From Eledone cirrhosa (taxonomy: Eukaryota): a DNA stretch of 64,000 nucleotides. The translations under genes and the position numbers were made by a program. Under the pieces are notes generated by a model. It was not told the DNA's origin. It did not search any database and worked only from the letters and a program-made list of their open reading frames with translations. Where the stretch lies: contig OZ024746.1 in the NCBI GenBank assembly GCA_964016885.1, positions 102,424,001-102,488,000 on the forward strand, in the 5' to 3' direction. Positions within the stretch are counted from its first letter, which is position 1. The number at the start of each line of letters is the position of its first letter. This document shows positions 41,203 through 54,915 of the stretch, piece after piece.

Positions 41203-43194
41203 TCATAACGGTACGCGATGGGACCCACCCACAGCCCCGGCGGACAGAATGGAGAAGGCGTTTCCCCGGAGCACGGCAAGGGAGACGCGCTGGAAAAGCC
41301 ACTCCAACTCGCGGGGCTCACACCTGCGGCTGGCCAGCTCAGCGCCTATGGTGGTGAGTAAGGAGGTAGCCCTGGGGCCGAGGACACCAGAAGTCTCCAC
41401 TTCCAAGGGTACGACCGCAAACCTGTCGGAGAGTGAACGATATGTGAGGAGTTTGGCCCCCTCAGCCTGACGTGCGGCAGAACCTGGGCCAGTCGCTGAC
41501 TGCACCAGGTTGCGGCTGCAGAAAGTGTCGGTGCAAGTGGCATCCCAGACGAGTGGTTTGCCACCGCGGAACGGGAAGATGGTCATGCCATCTAGCCTTT
41601 TGCCGTCCCCTCGAGCTGGGAAGGGAAGCCTGCAGCGTCCAAGCCATGCTTAATGACTTTGTTGAGGGCAGCATGGCGTGGATTGCGGCTGGCACTGTGG
41701 CGACAGGAAAGCGGGTGGAGGCCGAAAGAGTCCATGGTGGAACGGCAGCGACATTGGTGTGAGGCCGAGCCTCAGGGAAACGCCGATGCGCAAGCTATTG
41801 TTGTCTAGCTGCGTGCGAGTGGAGAAGGAGGGCAGGGCATGGAGCCAGGCCCCACTGTGGGGTTTGGAGGCTGCACGAAAACAAACAAGGCGGTGCTGGT
41901 CGAGCTGGCGCGTGAGCCTGTCTGAGGCCAGGCTGCACTGGATGGCATCCCAAGTGTGTTGGGGGGGACTTGACGTCAACAGGGGGAGAAGGAGGAGGAA
42001 CGTCTACTGGGCTAAGTCCCAGCCGGTCCCACGTCTCACAGGCGGCCACGCGTTCTCTGAACACAGAGGGTTCTGTTGTGTTTTGAAGAACCCTGCTGAG
42101 GAGGACGTGGTACGAGGTTACCGACGAAAGATATGCCGGCAAAGCTAGTGAGATCAGGGACTGGAGGCGAAGGCCGCCATACCTGACAGGTAAAGTTGCA
42201 TATCTCATCGGCTGCTTCTCGGATACAAGTTTAGGTGTAGCACAGAGTGTATAGAGGAGCTTCGGCATGGCGTAGCAGTTCCTCAGCAGAAAGAGAACTG
42301 GGTGGCCATCAATCAAGCCCAGTCGGCTCGTGAGAGTCTGGACTTGATGGAGGAGCGGATGGCCGGCGGGTGGATCGGTGAGGGGGTCACCTGAACCTGG
42401 CGGAGAATGGACCGCACGTCCAAGACGGAGACTGCAAAGCTTGCAGTATCGAGGCTGACATTCACCACCTCCGACTTGGCTGAGTTGACCTGGAGGTCGA
42501 TTCCCGCAAGGGCAGGAACCACCGATTGAAGGTCATGGCAGACCGCCTGTACGGGCCCACCCAAAGTAGCATCATCCAGATACCAAACGTTGAGAGGGGC
42601 CGTTATACTCCAGGCGATGTGGTCAATACCAAGGGTGAACAGGAGGGGTCCCAAAGGGTTGCCCTGTTGGATCCCAGTAGCCAAGGGTATGACCGTATCA
42701 GCAGCATGGCGCATGCTTGGGGCTCCATATGACAGGTAGGCAGAGGGGGCTCGGCTGAGGCAGGCCTCGAGCAGATGATCCCAGCGTAAAGAGTTGAAGG
42801 CATTCCTCATGTCAAACTTGACAATGAGGTGGCTGGAGTCCCTGGATGCCGGTTCCGAGTGTTACGGACTTGCAGATTACCTTGGCAGCCAGCCTCCGGA
42901 AGACATTGCCCACAGCAATGGGGCGTATGCCATCCTCTTTCTTCCTGAGAGCGGTGAGGCTGGCCGAAAAAAAGAGGCCTCGAGCATAAGAGTCCAGGGC
43001 GCCATGGATGAGCCTATTGGTGAGCGCCACAATTGCACTCAGAAGGCGGCGCCCGGCCTCAGCGGAGAGGGGAGATATCAACTCCTTGAGGAGGCCTGGT
43101 CAGAGACCATCAACATCTCCGCAGCTGCTAGCTGGGAAGGACCTGATGGCGGACATGATGTCTGCATCAGAAGCCACAAGGAGCAAGTGTGGAT
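41203..43194 (-). mobile_element. Decayed CRE-clade retrotransposon, copy 7
   Basis: Same fragments as copy 3. Confidence 0.88.
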
Positions 43195-45235
43195 TACAAT
43201 ACAAAACCTCTGAGAATGATTTCTAAGATATTTCACCATAATTAATTTTCATCAATATATATTAATATTATTATTGTTTATTAGGTCAGGTGGATTGGCC
43301 AGAACAATTCTACTCTTCTTTTTTAGATGTCACGATTTTTCATGGCATTCCTGAGATCATTAATCTCCAGCTGGAGATCCAGAGACATCTGATGTATGTA
43401 GGTGAACCTCAGTCATCCCACTTGGCTCTTACTATGTTTAGGTATCAACCACAGGAGCCAGCTCATCAGGTCATCCTACCCTCAGCAGCAATGTCCAGCA
43501 TCTATTGATTTCCGCTCCCTAGTTATTGTGGTAATCTTCGATATCTGGGAATATATTTCTTCTGCTTAAGGGAGTAATAAATATATAGTTTTAAAAAAAA
43601 CATATATATACACACACATATATATATGTTGTCATTTATAAGAGCTCTCTATCAAAAGCCTTCTCTATGTCCAAAGCTAAGTATAGTGGCTTATTTTTCT
43701 CTAAGAACCTCTTTTGTAGTTGTCTCACTAAGAAGAGGGCATCTGTTGCACTTTTCAGCGGCACAAAACCAAACTGCATCTCATACACATACATACATAT
43801 ACATACATACATACATATACACATACATACATACATCATCATCATCATCATCATCATCATTTCGTTTTAAGTCCGCTTTTTCCCTGCTTGCAAATGTGGG
43901 ACGGGAACTGATTCTGGCTTGATTTCTACAGCTGGATGCCCTTCCTAACACCAACCTCATTTACAGTGAGTGCTGGGTGCTTTTTTGCCGTGGCACCTCC
44001 ACGACCACTTTGCAGTGGAATGATATGGACCCCAGTCCCTATCATCTCATTTCTACAGCTGAGTAAACTGGAGCAATGTGAAATAAAGTGTCTTGCTCAA
44101 GGAAACAACACATCACCCGGTCTGAGAATTGAACTCACAACCTTTCGATTGCCAGGCCAATGCTCGAACCACTAAGCCATGTGCCTCCATATACATATAC
44201 ATATACATACACATACATATACATATACATACATATATATATACATACATAGATATATACACATACATACATACATACACATACATACACATATACATAC
44301 ATATATATACATACATACACATACATAGATATATATATATAAATATACATACATACACATACATAAGCATATACACATAAGTATATATACATATACACAC
44401 GTATATATACATATACATACATACATATATACACATACATACATATATACATACATACACACATATACATACACATACATACATATACATACATATACAC
44501 ATACATACATATATATATATACGTACACACACATATATACATACACACACATATATACAAACACATACATATACACATATATACACATACATACACATAC
44601 ATATACATACATATACACATATACACTCATATATACATATACATACATACACACACATACATACATATATACATATACATACATAAAGACAAATCCACCT
44701 CATGGACGAGAATGCAAGGGCTCCTCCTCTTTGTTTCGGCCGCGGATGGCTAACCCTAACCCCATCCCCGCTCCCCACCGCTCCCAACCTCCAAACGCAA
44801 TCCAAAACTTCAGAGTTGGTACCATTAATGTAGGCACCTTATAGGGTGGCTCTAACGAGGTTGTAGAAATGCTTGAACGTAAGGAGGTCGATGTTTGTTG
44901 TATTCAAGAGACCAGGTGGAGGGGTGGGTCTGCTAGATTCATCGTGGGTAAAGAACGATGCTATAAGCTTTTCTGTGTGGCAAATGACAATGGGCTGGGT
45001 ATACACATACCACCCCACCGCCCCACCGCAAAGTGGTCGTGGAGGGGCCGCGGCCAAAAAGCACCCAGCCCACACTGTAAAGCTGACGTGGAGGTGCCAC
45101 GGAAAAAAAAAAGCACCCAGCACTCACTGCAAACGGGGTTGGCGTCAGGAAGGGCACCCAGCTGTAGAAACCAATCCAGAATCAGCTCCCACCCCACCCT
45201 TGCAAGCATGGAAAAGCGGACGTATGATGAAGTTG

Positions 45236-45274
<39 letters not shown>

Positions 45275-46019
45275 TATTAGTATATATATACACATATATA
45301 TATACACACATATATATCAGTGTACATATATATATACATATATATATATATAAATGAATATTTATTCAATTTAAAGCGCCAATTATCTATATATAATAAG
45401 ATATGAATTTTTCTAGGGATGGGGAAATTTTCAGTTTGTTTTTATATTTTCACTTCATTTTTTACTTTCTATTTATTACAGTCTTTGATCCAATATAATC
45501 CTGACAGTATTTGAACCAGTTTACCTCATATATATGTATGCACACACAACACTCAAGTTTCGCCATCTACTGCTATTTCATTCATATTTATTGTTTAATT
45601 AACTCTGGTCTAATTCATCAACTATTGTTAATTATATTATTACGTAGATTTCTTATAAAATCTAGTGCATATATACGTGTATATATACAGGGAGACACTG
45701 TAATAGATGTAAAGAGAGTGGGAGATAGAGTTATAGAAGTAAAGAGAGGGGGAGAAATAAGCGGTAGATAGAGTAATAGATGTAAAGAGAGGGTTAGAAC
45801 GTTCAACTTGACAGTCAGTACAATGTTCAGCATGGTAGCCAGTACATATGCCAACTACCCAACCGGCCAGCCAGCCGCATATGCGGTTGACTGGCCAGTT
45901 GGGCGGTTGGTATGTGGAACGTTCAACTACGCAGTCAGTACCAAAGTTCAACATTGTAGCCAGTGCATATGCCGATCGCCGCGCCCTCTTTGCTTTATTT
46001 TAATGACCTGGAACTAAGT

Positions 46020-46132
46020 AAAAAGAGTAGGAGATAACTCGACAAGAGCGGAGAGGGTGAGATTCGAACCATGTAAAGTCGTTGGCTCTTGAAGTTCGTA
46101 AGCGGGGCTGTTACTGACTGAGCAGTGCCGGC
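46020..46132 (-). ncRNA. tRNA-like Pol III unit, copy 8
   Basis: As copy 1, with a few extra substitutions. Confidence 0.5.
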
Positions 46133-47082
46133 AGCAAGGCAAATCGCGCATAAAATAACGCTTATATCGACAAAAAAAAAAAAAAAATTTCAATGTTGCA
46201 CTCTTGTTTGTTGTTCTTTTATTTTACGTAAACATTTCGCTGCTCTAGCCTCTTATTTCCTATTAGATTACACTTAATTCCATTAAACATTCATTCTTAG
46301 TCTCGTGGTAAACTATTTCATCTATATTTATATCGCTGTTACAGCCTTTTATTTCTACATCTATCACCTATAGCCACTGTTACGCCGGTAGTATAAGTAG
46401 CTTTATAACAAGAAACGATGATATAACTCCACAAAATGTCTTCTTGAGCAAGACACTTCACTTCATATTGCTCCAGTACACCGAGTTACACATAGACAGA
46501 TACATACATACATACACAGATAGAAATGAGAGGTAGATAGAGTAAAAGATTTAAAGAGAGGGTGAGAGTGTGACACACATTTATCTGTCTATCTCTCTCT
46601 ATTTTAACACCGGTCGTTATAATTAGTTTTATAACACCGCTATATTACCGACATGAAAGAGGTAAATAATTATTTCTTAAATGTTTAGAACATGTTTCTC
46701 TTGTCTTCTTAAATGTATAGAACATGTTTCTTATTTATATTCTTTACATAGCTAGGACCTTATCTCATTTACTGGTCTCTACTTTTAGGACTTTGCTGAT
46801 CCCATGTGCCCTCCATAAAGGCACTCTAGTCCCTTCTCTGAGCCCCCGTACTAATTACTCCACATACGTATATATATTTATTTTAAGAAACCTTAATGAC
46901 AAATAATATAAAGTGTTTGTAAAGTGGGGAAGAGTAGTTTTACGGTGGGGTTGTTATATAGATATCGTTTTTGCAGTGGGGTCGTGACTGGCGTATAATA
47001 ATGAGTCACTGTTGATGTATATACAAATCATGTTTTGGATATAAGTGAAGTTATTTAAGAGATTTAGTTGTTTTGTATACAT

Positions 47083-49088
47083 TCATAACGGTACGCGATG
47101 GGACCCACCCACAGCCCCGGCGGACAGAATGGAGAAGGCGTTTCCCCGGAGCACGGCAAGGGAGACGCGCTGGAAAAGCCACTCCAACTCGCGGGGCTCA
47201 CACCTGCGGCTGGCCAGCTCAGCGCCTATGGTGGTGAGTAAGGAGGTAGCCCTGGGGCCGAGGACACCAGAAGTCTCCACTTCCAGGGGTACGACCGCAA
47301 ACCTGTCGGAGAGTGAACGATATGTGAGGAGTTTGGCCCCCTCAGCCTGACGTGCGGCAGAACCTGGGCCAGTCGCTGACTGCACCAGGTTGCGGCTGCA
47401 GAAAGTGTCGGTGCAAGTGGCATCCCAGACGAGTGGTTTGCCACCGCGGAACGGGAAGATGGTCATGCCATCTAGCCTTTTGCCGTCCCCTCGAGCTGGG
47501 AAGGGAAGCCTGCAGCGTCCAAGCCATGCTTAATGACTTTGTTGAGGGCAGCATGGCGTGGATTGCGGCTGGCACTGTGGCGACAGGAAAGCGGGTGGAG
47601 GCCGAAAGAGTCCATGGTGGAACGGCAGCGACATTGGTGTGAGGCCGAGCCTCAGGGAAACGCCGATGCGCAAGCTATTGTTGTCTAGCTGCGTGCGAGT
47701 GGAGAAGGAGGGCAGGGCATGGAGCCAGGCCCCACTGTGGGGTTTGGAGGCTGCACGAAAACAAACAAGGCGGTGCTGGTCGAGCTGGCGCGTGAGCCTG
47801 TCTGAGGCCAGGCTGCACTGGATGGCATCCCAAGTGTGTTGGGGGGGACTTGACGTCAACAGGGGGAGAAGGAGGAGGAACGTCTACTGGGCTAAGTCCC
47901 AGCCGGTCCCACGTCTCACAGGCGGCCACGCGTTCTCTGAACACAGAGGGTTCTGTTGTGTTTTGAAGAACCCTGCTGAGGAGGACGTGGTACGAGGTTA
48001 CCGACGAAAGATATGCCGGCAAAGCTAGTGAGATCAGGGACTGGAGGCGAAGGCCGCCATACCTGACAGGTAAAGTTGCATATCTCATCGGCTGCTTCTC
48101 GGATACAAGTTTAGGTGTAGCACAGAGTGTATAGAGGAGCTTCGGCATGGCGTAGCAGTTCCTCAGCAGAAAGAGAACTGGGTGGCCATCAATCAAGCCC
48201 AGTCGGCTCGTGAGAGTCTGGACTTGATGGAGGAGCGGATGGCCGGCGGGTGGATCGGTGAGGGCATCCTCTTTGGGGGGTCACCTGAACCTGGCGGAGA
48301 ATGGACCGCACGTCCAAGACGGAGACTGCAAAGCTTGCAGCATCGAGGCTGACATTCACCACCTCCGACTTGGCTGTGTTGACCTGGAGGTCGATTCCCG
48401 CCAGGGCAGGAACCACCGATTGAAGGTCATGGCAGACCGCCTGTACGGGCCCACCCAAAGTAGCATCATCCAGATACCAAACGTTGAGAGGGGCCATTAT
48501 ACTCCAGGCGATGTGGTCAATACCAAGGGTGAACAGGAGGGGTCCCAAAGGGTTGCCCTGTTGGATCCCAGTAGCCAAGGGTATGACCGTATCAGCAGCA
48601 TGGCGCATGCTTGGGGCTCCATATGACAGGTAGGCAGAGGGGGCTCGGCTGAGGCAGGCCTCGAGCAGATGATCCCAGCGTAAAGAGTTGAAGGCATTCC
48701 TCATGTCAAACTTGACAATGAGGTGGCTGGAGGCCCTGGATGCCGGTTCCGAGTGTTACGGACTTGCAGATTACCTTGGCAGCCAGCCTCCGGAAGACAT
48801 TGCCCACAGCAATGGGGCGTATGCCATCCTCTTTCTTCCTGAGAGCGGTGAGGCTGGCCGAAAAAAAGAGGCCTCGAGCATAAGAGTCCAGGGCGCCATG
48901 GATGAGCCTATTGGTGAGCGCCACAATTGCACTCAGAAGGCGGCGCCCGGCCTCAGCGGAGAGGGGAGATATCAACTCCTTGAGGAGGCCTGGTCAGAGA
49001 CCATCAACATCTCCGCAGCTGCTAGCTGGGAAGGACCTGATGGCGGACATGATGTCTGCATCAGAAGCCACAAGGAGCAAGTGTGGAT
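47083..49088 (-). mobile_element. Decayed CRE-clade retrotransposon, copy 8
   Basis: Same fragments; retains both the 26-bp and 14-bp segments. Confidence 0.88.
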
Positions 49089-49656
49089 TACAATACAAAA
49101 CCTCTGAGAATGATTTCTAAGATATTTCACCATAATTAATTTTCATCAATATATATTAATATTATTATTGTTTATTAGGTCAGGTGGATTGGCCAGAACA
49201 ATTCTACTCTTCTTTTTTAGATGTCACGATTTTTCATGGCATTCCTGAGATCATTAATCTCCAGCTGGAGATCCAGAGACATCTGATGTATGTAGGTGAA
49301 CCTCAGTCATCCCACTTGGCTCTTACTATGTTTAGGTATCAACCACAGGAGCCAGCTCATCAGGTCATCCTACCCTCAGCAGCAATGTCCAGCATCTATT
49401 GATTTCCGCTCCCTAGTTATTGTGGTAATCTTCGATATCTGGGAATATATTTCTTCTGCTTAAGGGAGTAATAAATATATAGTTTTAAAAAAAACATATA
49501 TATACACACACATATATATATGTTGTCATTTATAAGAGTTCTCTATCAAAAGCCTTCTCTATGTCCAAAGCTAAGTATAGTGGCTTATTTTTCTCTAAAA
49601 ACCTCTTTTGTAGTTGTCTCACTAAGAAGAGGGCATCTGTTGCACTTTTCAGCGGC

Positions 49657-50747
49657 TTAATTAATTAATGAGGTTTAATTAATGAGGAATTTTGAGGTAT
49701 TTATAACAATTATTAATTATTTCATTACTGAGATATCATTTGAAGGACTTACTAATGTTTTTATTTATTAATTATTTTATTAGTAACTTAACATGTGGTT
49801 CTTGTATAAAATTATGTTGGAAGATTTTAGGAAGATGCTATGTAGCCGGTCGCGGTAAAATAGACGCCCAGGCTATGTAGCCGGTAAGAGTGTCAGACTC
49901 CATGTGTTGCGGCCCTTTATGGTCTGAGTTAAGACAATTTAAAATCTTTTCCACCATCAATTGTTAAAAAACAAGTTAAAATCATTTTGTCGTCCATTTG
50001 TAACGTACGTTACACTTTAGTTACATACACATATACTATGTTACATACACACATCTACTGTGTTACATACACACACATCAACTGGGTTGTATACACACAC
50101 ATCTACTGCGTTACATACACATCTACTGTGTTACACACACATCTACTGTGTTACATACACACACATCTACTGAGTTACATACACACACATCTACTGTGTT
50201 ACATACACACACATCTTCTGTGTTACATACACACATCTACTATGTTACATACACACATCTACTGTGTTACATACACACACCTGTGTTACATACACACACA
50301 TCTACTGAGTTACATACACACAGATCTACTGTGTTACATACACACACATCTACTGTGTTACACACATCTTCTATGTTACATACACACAATCTACTGTGTT
50401 ACATACACACATCTACTGAGTTACATACACACACATCTACTGAGTTACATACACACACATGTACTGTGTTACATACACACATCTACTGTGTTACATACAT
50501 ACACATCTACTGTGTTACATACATACACATCTACTGTTACATACACACATCTACCGTGTTACACACACACATCTACCGTGTTACACACACACATCTACCG
50601 TGTTACACACACACATCTACTGAGTTACATACACATATACTGAGTTACATGCAAACACACATCTACTCTGTTACATATACACATCTACTGTGTTACATAC
50701 ACATCTACTGTGATACACACACACACATCTACTCATACATATTCATA
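49657..50747. repeat. Duplicate of 22106-23200 (AT-rich block plus minisatellite)
   Basis: Identical junction ...cttttcagcggc|ttaattaattaatgagg and near-identical minisatellite. Confidence 0.93.
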
Positions 50748-51201
50748 GATCCAGAGACATCTGATGTATGTAGGTGAACCTCAGTCATCCCACTTGGCTC
50801 TTACTATGTTTAGGTATCCACCACAGGAGCCAGCTCATCAGGTCATCCTACCCTCAGCAGCAATGTCCAGCATCTATTGATTTCCGCTCCCTAGTTATTG
50901 TGGTAATCTTCGATATCTGGGAATATATTTCTTCTGCTTAAGGGAGTAATAAATATATAGTTTTTAAAAAAACATATATATACACACACATATATATATG
51001 TTGTCATTTATAAGAGTTCTCTATCAAAAGCCTTCTCTATGTCCAAAGCTAAGTATAGTGGCTTATTTTTCTCTAAGAACCTCTTTTGTAGTTGTCTCAC
51101 TAAGAAGAGGGCATCTGTTGCACTTTTCAGCGGCACAAAACCAAACTGCATCTCATACACATACATACATATACATACATACATACATACATATACACAT
51201 A

Positions 51202-51237
<36 letters not shown>

Positions 51238-51565
51238 TTCGTTTTAAGTCCGCTTTTTCCCTGCTTGCAAGGGTGGGACGGGAACTGATTCTGGCTTGAT
51301 TTCTACAGCTGGATGCCCTTCCTAACACCAACCTCATTTACAGTGAGTGCTGGGTGCTTTTTTGCCGTGGCACCTCCACGACCACTTTGCAGTGGAATGA
51401 TATGGACCCTAGTCCCTATCATCTCATTTCTACAGCTGAGTAAACTGGAGCAATGTGAAATAAAGTGTTTTGCTCAAGGAACCAACACATCACCCGGTCT
51501 GAGAATTGAACTCACAACCTTTCGATTGCCAGGCCAATGCTCTAACCACTAAGCCATGTGCCTCC

Positions 51566-52297
51566 ATATACATATACATACACATACATACATACATACA
51601 CACACATACATACATACATACACATATACATACACATATACATACATATACATACATACATATATATATATACATATACATACATACGCATACATAAGCA
51701 TATACACAAGTATATATACATATACATACATACATATACATACATACATACACACACACACATACATACACACACACATATATACACATACATACATATA
51801 TACACATACATACATATATACACATACATACATATATACACATACATACATATATACACATACATATATATATACACATACATATATATATACACATACA
51901 TATATATATACACATACATATATATATACACATACATATATACACACACATACATATATACATACACACATACATATTTACATACACACACATATATATA
52001 TACATACATACACACATATATATATACATACATACACACATATACATACATACACACATATACATACATACACACATACATACATACACACATACATACA
52101 TACACACATATATACATACATACATATACATATACACATATATACACATACATATATACATATACATACATACATACACATACATACATACATACACATA
52201 CATGCATATACATACATGCATATACATACATGCATATACATACATACATACACATACATGCATATACATACATACACACACATACGTACACATACAT
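51566..52297. repeat. Compound TACA/TA microsatellite
   Basis: Direct reading. Confidence 0.95.
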
Positions 52298-52720
52298 AAA
52301 GACAAATTCACCTCATGGACGAGAATGCAAGGGCTCCTCTTTGTTTCGGATGGCTAACATAACCCCATCAGAAAAAGCCCCCATCAGCCAGTTTATTCTA
52401 CTTGTGGCTTGTTCTCCTGCTCAGGCAGTAAAACGATGTGCTTGATTAGCATTTCGTCTGATTTGCTGTTGTTCCTTAATTTGTTGTTCTCGAGTAGCAG
52501 TAGTCCTTTGTTCCCTTTCATCCAAACTGTGTGCTCTTGGTAAAGCTGTTTGGGCTCTGTTAGCAGCTAGACGGGCATGCCAAACTTATTCACTTTCTTC
52601 AGATCGCTGTATTTTCTTTCTCTTAGCCCTGAAGATGACCTTCCATATAATGATCTGGAAGGTTACCGGTATGACAAAAGGCTCAATGCAAGTTTTCAAG
52701 TGTTTTACAGAACCGAGATA

Positions 52721-53092
52721 CAAAGTGTTAAAATGATCAAATTTTACTTTAGAACATTTATTTGCTGACAATTGTTTCTTCCAGAGGGAAGTCTGGAATC
52801 ATCGGAGCATAAGGAATGTTGAAACATTGCTTATAACTTTTATGCCTGTGATTTTTTTGCTTGTGCTTTTTACTTATACCTATTACACTTCCAACCAGTG
52901 CTGCCTGTAATTGTGTTCTTTCAAGCAGAACATCTTTTTAACTCCTGATTCTCCACATGATGCCTTTGACACTAATAACAATTATGTATCTTAAATGTTC
53001 TGAATGATAGGATTTTAGTAACATGTTTCTGGAAGAAACAATTGTCAGCAAATAAATGTTCTAAACTAAAATTTGATCGTTTTAACACTTTG
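52721..53092. mobile_element. MITE, Tc1/mariner type (~65-bp TIRs, TA target duplication)
   Basis: TA|caaagtgttaaaatgatcaaatttt...cttccaga ... tctggaag...aaaatttgatcgttttaacactttg|TA; no coding capacity. Confidence 0.75.
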
Positions 53093-53129
53093 TATATATA
53101 TATATATATATATATAAATATGTATATAT

Positions 53130-54620
53130 ATACTCTTTTTACCTGTTCCAGCCATCCGGCTGAGGCTATGCTGGGGCACCGCCCTTGTTGCTACACATTT
53201 AATCTCCAGCCTGTATTGGTTGACCACTGGTGCAACAGGGAGTTCATTGCTGCTGCCCTTAGGTTTCCCTCGTGCCTTGCTGTGGGCTCATCTAGGATCT
53301 TGTATAGCAAGGTGTCGACATGTTTCTTGAAGACATCCACACCATGCAGATCTCTCAGATCCTTTGGCAGCTTGTTGAAGAGTTGAGGGTCCTTGAACCC
53401 CAGACTTTTGCAATATCTGCTCCTTATTCTAGATATGGAAGACGGGATCTTTGGCACCACACAATGACGTCCTGTTCGGCAGTTGGTCCAGCTGCCAATG
53501 CCAAAGTTTGGTGCTAGTCCCTCCAGGATTTTCCACATGTAGATCACTGCGTATCTCTCCCGTCTTCATTCCAAGGAGTAGAGGTTCAGTTCTTTTAGCC
53601 TCGCCCAGTAGCTTATCTCCTTCATAGTCACAATCTTCTTGGTGTAGCTTCGCTGGATTGCCTCAAGCTCCGTGGTTAGTTTGACACTATGGGGTGACCA
53701 CAACTGGGAGCAATAGTCCAGGCGGCTTAGGACAAATGTCCTCCATAGTGTCAACATGGTGTCTCGGTCTCTTGTCCGGAAAGTCTTCAAGATCCAGCCA
53801 GCGAGTCGTCTGCACATTGTCGCCACTTTCATGATGTGAGAGGAAAAAGATGCATCATCGCTCATGTCTATACCCAAGTCTCATATCGATTTTTACCCAG
53901 GGATATCGGTCATATCGGTCCCTCCTGGTCCGGTGTAACTGTGTTGTACTGTATTTGTGTTTGCAGGAATTGCGTAGCACTTGGAATTTGCCAGCATTAA
54001 ACTGCATGTTGTTGTCTTCTGCCCATTTGTATATGGCATACAGCCCTTGTTGTAAAAGGGCAGAGTCAGCCGGGTTTTTGATTTCCTGTGCTACCTTAGT
54101 GTCATCAGCATAGCTAGTGAGGGATGTTGTTGTATGTACTACAGAGGGTATGTCTGAGAGAGCCACCAAAAACAGTAGTGGTCCCAGGACTGTGCCTTGG
54201 GGAACCCCACTTGTTATTGATAATTCCTTTGAGAGGGCCCCCGTTTGCTGCGACTGTCTGGCTTCTTTCCTTTAAGAAGTCGTGCAGCCACTCACCTACT
54301 TTTCTAGTTATGGTGAGTCCGTGTAGTTTGTGACATATCATTCCATGGTCGACTTTGTCAAAGGCCTTCGCAAAGTCCAGATATATCATGTCCACATGTG
54401 AGCTGTCAAGCAGTTGTTTCAGTACCCAGTCTTAATGATGTAGCAGCTGTGTAAGGCAGCTTCTTCCTGGGTGAAAGCCATGCTGTGTGTTAGTCAGGCA
54501 GTCATTTTCCTCGAGGAAAGTGATCAGTTTCTTTCTGACGATTCGCTCCATGACCTTACTGATATGTGACGTCAGGGAGACTGGCCTATGTTGTTTGGCT
54601 TCCGCTCTGCTACCTCCTAT
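53130..54620 (-). mobile_element. CR1-group LINE, 5'-truncated and frameshifted
   Basis: RPVSLTSH, QHGF, DMIYLDFAKAFDKVDH, YADDTK, SRLDYCSQLWSP, LEAIQR, IYMWKILEGLAPN; 3' tail read on + as tactctttttacctgttccagcc. Confidence 0.88.
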
Positions 54621-54629
54621 ATGGATAGG

Positions 54630-54915
54630 GCACTTGTGAATGCAAGCTCACCTTTATCATTCTGGAAACACTTCTCTCCAATGACATCACAATTCTCTCT
54701 GACACACTGCCTCGTAATCTGGAACACCTCCTGTTTCTGTTCCTCGTGTTGCAAAACATGCTTGAATTTCCTATCCTCTACCTCCCTTCTAGCTAAGTAT
54801 ACTTGTCGCCTAGCTTCCCTCCTGGTCTCTATGTAATGTGCCCTGTTCTTCCATTCTTTCCATGCCTGTCGCTTAACCTTAACTGCCTCATCTACCATAT
54901 TGTTCCACCACCAAG
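54630..54915 (-). mobile_element. RTE LINE fragment (linker between APE and RT)
   Basis: TWWWNNMVDEAVKVKRQAWKEWK...ARRQVYLAR; similar to 60700-60930. Confidence 0.8.

Larger units (their letters stand above)
1..52370. repeat. Tandem macrosatellite array, ~5.9 kb unit (8 core copies plus partial ends)
   Basis: The same ORF-track entry recurs at 308, 6218, 12074, 17942, 27715, 33658, 39585 and 45511 (spacings 5910, 5856, 5868, 9773, 5943, 5927, 5926). Units differ mainly in microsatellite length and a few SNPs/indels. The array continues beyond the left edge. Confidence 0.97.
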
